DNA of 63,655 bases, counting the filler, from Reclinomonas americana ATCC 50394 (Eukaryota), in assembly GCA_048213135.1 (NCBI GenBank). It is 15 parts of 15 records of this genome, joined end to end, with 100 filler letters (N's around TTAATTAATTAA, not from the genome) between each part and the next. Parts side by side here need not be neighbours in the genome. Positions count along the whole stretch, not along the records: positions 59,527 to 62,034 come from AFZH01017202.1; positions 62,135 to 63,655 come from AFZH01017203.1; 13 more parts are not named here. One strand, 5' to 3'. Shown here one piece after another: positions 60,529 to 63,655 of this stretch. How positions within the stretch are numbered: the stretch's first letter is position 1; every line of letters begins with the position of its first letter. The notes under the pieces were generated by a model that was not told the origin of the DNA, searched no databases, and was given only the letters and a program-made list of their open reading frames with translations. The position numbers were made by a program, and so were the translations under genes.

Positions 60529-62263
60529 GATGCTGGTGATGCTGATGTTCGTGGTGCTGGTGCTGGTGCTGGTGTTGGCGCGGCTGGTGTTGCTGAGGTC
60601 GACGGTCGTCCACATGCAGCCGACGAGGCGACAGAACTTGGTCGTGGGCGCGGACAATCACACGCACCGACGCCGATTCTTGCGGAGATTGGCTATGGCG
60701 GCGGCGGTGCTCTGGGTGCTGCGCCGGAGAAGGGGAAAGGATGGGCAGGGCCGAGGTGAGAGAGAAGCGGAGAGAGGGAGAAACGGAAGAGGGCGACAGA
60801 GGGGAGAGATGAGAGAAAGGGGATGGAGTGGCGGGAAAAATCAAAGGGAATGGGAAGAAGGAGATCGAGGGGAGGCGGGGGGGGGGGGGGGGGGCGAGAG
60901 AAAACAGGACAAGAGGAAAGAGAGAAGGAGAATAGATTAAAGCAGAAAGGAGAGAAAGGGAATCAATGGTGAAAGTTAAGGCGACAGATCAGAAGAGAGA
61001 TAGGGGACTGACGTGACGGCGGACACGAAGGAGGCGAATCACAGAGAAAGGAGGAGAAGGACAATGGAAGTGGAGACGAAACCACGCAGAAACTTTCGAG
61101 CAAGAAAAGGGCAACGTGACAACGCGAAAGCGCGGATGCACGCAACTGGAGGGGCGAATGATGCGGCAGAGGCATTCGGTGAAGTCAACGCCGATGCTAA
61201 CGGGCTGCCGACCACAGTCGGCGGCGAGCCGCGATGCGTCACGACACGAAGGACGTGTGCTACAAGCAGGCAGTGAGCACCGGCAACATGACCAACAAAT
61301 AAAAGAACACGTGGACGCAACGCGGACTGCTGTCCTGCCGCTGTCGTCGTATAGGCGGCGGCGAGCCCTCTGCGGCCTGACTCGCAAGCGACAGTGGAGG
61401 CGGCTCGGGACTACGAGCGCGCTTACCCTGCCGAGAATGGTCAGCCACCTCGAAGAAGCAAAGCAGCGCAGGCGCACTCCTCACCTGTCGCTCCTGCTCC
61501 ACTCTCGCGTTCGCCATTCTCGGTGAGGTCACAGGTCGGCGTCCTCCCGGCGACGCCGTTCCCGTCGCTGCCTCGTCCATCAGACGACACAACTCCACCG
61601 CCACATCCGGAGCCACCTCCTGTCCATCGCGACTGCGTCGAAGCGACATGTTGGTGAACGGATTCTCCGCGGGGCACGCGCTGAATGGCAATGAACAGCT
61701 GCCGCAGAACCCCCAACGCTGAGCGCAAGACGAAACGCGAACAAATGACACACGCAAACACAAACGCAAACCTGCACATCCAGTCGACGGCGAAATTGTC
61801 GCCCCAGTGCACCCGTCCTGCCTGATTCGCGCACCAGATGGTGGGCGGATACTCCACCGGATCAATCCGTCGCGTCGACATTCTCGCGTACCCCTGGAAG
61901 CACCCGCTGTTGTTCACGCTAAACAGCAGAAACACATTGTCGCACGAGGCCAGCGCTTCGCGCAGCGTGGTCTCGTTTCGAGGCGGCGTCGCCCACAAGT
62001 TCAACTTGCGCGACAGCATCACGTTCTCCATGCTNNNNNNNNNNNNNNNNNNNNNNNNNNNNNNNNNNNNNNNNNNNNTTAATTAATTAANNNNNNNNNN
62101 NNNNNNNNNNNNNNNNNNNNNNNNNNNNNNNNNNGTCGTCGTCGCTGGGACTCAACAGCAGCTCCTCCACAGAGTCGTGCCGTGGGTTCTGGCGACGAGT
62201 CCGGCGTCTTCTCTCGGATGTCTCACTGCCGGAGTCACTCTCACTGCCACTGTCGCTGTGCAT
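60072..62263 (-). CDS. YTH-domain m6A RNA reader, YTHDC1/CPSF30L-like; visible exons 62263-62135, 62034-61772, 61698-61322, 61259-61147, 60718-60367, 60291-60164, 60101-60072
   Basis: ENVMLSRKLNLWATPPRNE..L..A....DNVFLLFSVNNSGCFQGYARM...W...WGDNFAVDWM|...LPF...NPF...RSRDGQEV...ELCRLM is a clear YTH domain of the DC type. Acidic/Arg-rich N-terminus and His/Gln-rich disordered C-terminus. Intron phases join. The link across the gap at 62035 is inferred. Confidence 0.9.
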
Positions 62264-62386
62264 GCGTGCGCGTCGAAGTGAAAAAAATTTCAAATGAAAT
62301 TTCATGATTGGCATGCAAAGAATACAAAAAGGCGGGAGTCGTTCTCTTGCGACCACATCGTTCAACACAACATGCACTGAAAATGG

Positions 62387-63655
62387 TCAACTCGGGAAAA
62401 TGTACACCTGATCCGCACCGGCCACGAGCTTGATGCCGTCAGCGCTGGAGGCCACTGATATCCAGTCCCGAGTGGAATCGCGAGGCGTCCACGTCACACC
62501 AGAGTCAGTGGAGATGTACAGTTGATCGTTGCTCGCCACAGCCGCAAGCCTGGTGCCGTCACTGCTGGAGGCCACTGCAGTCCAGCGGCGAGTGGAATCA
62601 CGAGCAGTCCACGTTACACCAGAGTCAGTGGAGGTGTAGATCTTATCAATGCTTGCTACAGCCACCAGCTTGGTACCATCGCTGCTGGACGCCACTCCCG
62701 ACCAGGCGCGACTGGAATCACGAGCAGTCCATGTCACGCCCGAGTCAGTGGATGTGTAGATCTGATCAAAGCGTGTTGCAGCCACCAACTTGCTGCCGTC
62801 ACTGCTGGAGGCCACTCCACTCCAGTTGCGAGCGGAATCACGAGCCGTCCATGTCACACCCGAGTCAGTGGAGGTGTACATATTATCTCCATCTGTAACT
62901 GCTACCAGCTTGGTGCCGTCACTGCTGGAGGCCACTGCGGTCCAGAGGCGACTGGATTCACGAGGTGTCCATGTCACGCCCGAGTCAGTGGAGGTGTAGA
63001 TCTGATCAACGCTTGTTGCAGCCACCAGCTTGGCTCCGTCACTGCTGGAGGCCACTGATCGCCAATCGCGCGCGGCATCACGAGCAGTCCATGTCACGCC
63101 CGAGTCAGCGGAGGTGTAAATCTGGCCACTTTGTACAACAGCCACCAGTTTGGTGCCGTCACTGCTGGAGGCCACTGCCTGCCAGGTACTCGTCCCATGT
63201 AGCCCTTCGGAAGTCAATCCAGTCCACGTCACGCCAGAGTCAGTGGAGGTATACATCTGCCCGTTGCGAATCCCAGCTACCAACTTGGTGCCGTCACTGT
63301 TGGAGGTTACAGATAGCCAGTCATGAGTGGATTCACGAGCCGTCCATGTCACTCCAGAGTCAGTGGAAGTGTAAATCTGATCACCAAGCACCACAGCCAC
63401 GAGCTTGCTGCCGTCATTGTTGGAGGTGACTGAATTCCAACTGCGATTGGATTCACGAGCTGTCCAGTTTGCACCAGAGTCGGTCGAAGTGTAGATCTTA
63501 CCTCCAGTTGCAACAGCCACCAATTTGGTGCCGTCACTGCTGGAGGCCACTGACAGCCAACCGCGAATGGTCTCACTAGCTGTCCATGTTTCGCCCGAGT
63601 CGGCAGAGGTGTAGATCTGCCCGTTACCCACCACAGCCACCAGCTTGGTGCCATC
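62387..63655 (-). CDS. Asp-box (BNR) repeat beta-propeller protein, 5' end outside the window, intronless in the visible part
   Basis: Open frame from the window edge to the stop at 62387, with ten (T/I)S(T/A)DSGxxW boxes in units of about 40 aa (W..VASSSDGTKLVA...QIYTSTDSGVTWTARDS). Same repeat family as 50738-52295. Confidence 0.9.
   Translation of the reverse strand, partial: DGTKLVAVVGNGQIYTSADSGETWTASETIRGWLSVASSSDGTKLVAVATGGKIYTSTDSGANWTARESNRSWNSVTSNNDGSKLVAVVLGDQIYTSTDSGVTWTARESTHDWLSVTSNSDGTKLVAGIRNGQMYTSTDSGVTWTGLTSEGLHGTSTWQAVASSSDGTKLVAVVQSGQIYTSADSGVTWTARDAARDWRSVASSSDGAKLVAATSVDQIYTSTDSGVTWTPRESSRLWTAVASSSDGTKLVAVTDGDNMYTSTDSGVTWTARDSARNWSGVASSSDGSKLVAATRFDQIYTSTDSGVTWTARDSSRAWSGVASSSDGTKLVAVASIDKIYTSTDSGVTWTARDSTRRWTAVASSSDGTRLAAVASNDQLYISTDSGVTWTPRDSTRDWISVASSADGIKLVAGADQVYIFPS

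Noticed and set aside
62400..63655. Regular repeats of about 120 nt resembling a CRISPR array or satellite (also 51020-51830)
   Set aside because: Variation is mainly at silent positions of an open frame encoding Asp-box repeats, with no unique spacers and no cas genes.

Overview
This is eukaryotic nuclear DNA from a very intron-rich protist-like genome, which I cannot identify from sequence alone. It is a gapped scaffold with 14 placeholder gaps of 100 nt (N44-TTAATTAATTAA-N44). The ORF track is mostly noise from simple-repeat introns, so I spliced the genes by hand. Contents in order: an ADAT2/TAD2 tRNA deaminase (+, 5' end outside the window); a convergent augmin subunit HAUS7/AUG7 (-); one giant + strand gene at about 3327-50476 (over 100 exons, roughly 6,900 visible codons) encoding signal peptide, FN3 array, five NHL-type propeller modules with cadherin-like and Ig-like spacers, a parallel beta-helix, a Cys-rich stalk, a multi-pass (about 7TM) domain and an acidic tail; a secreted Asp-box/BNR propeller with three knottin-like units (-); a beta-hydroxyacid dehydrogenase (+); two partial extracellular-protein genes; a YTHDC-type m6A reader (-); and a second Asp-box repeat gene running off the right edge (-). 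The most striking signal is in the splice sites. Roughly 30% of the introns I could place start with GTTGCG or a close GTTNNG-type variant, almost always when the last exon base is not G. This looks like the genome's normal G|GTGCG donor moved one base downstream, and the two donor types interchange at paralogous introns. I found no rRNA, tRNA, CRISPR array or convincing intact mobile element. All exon structures are manual predictions without RNA evidence.
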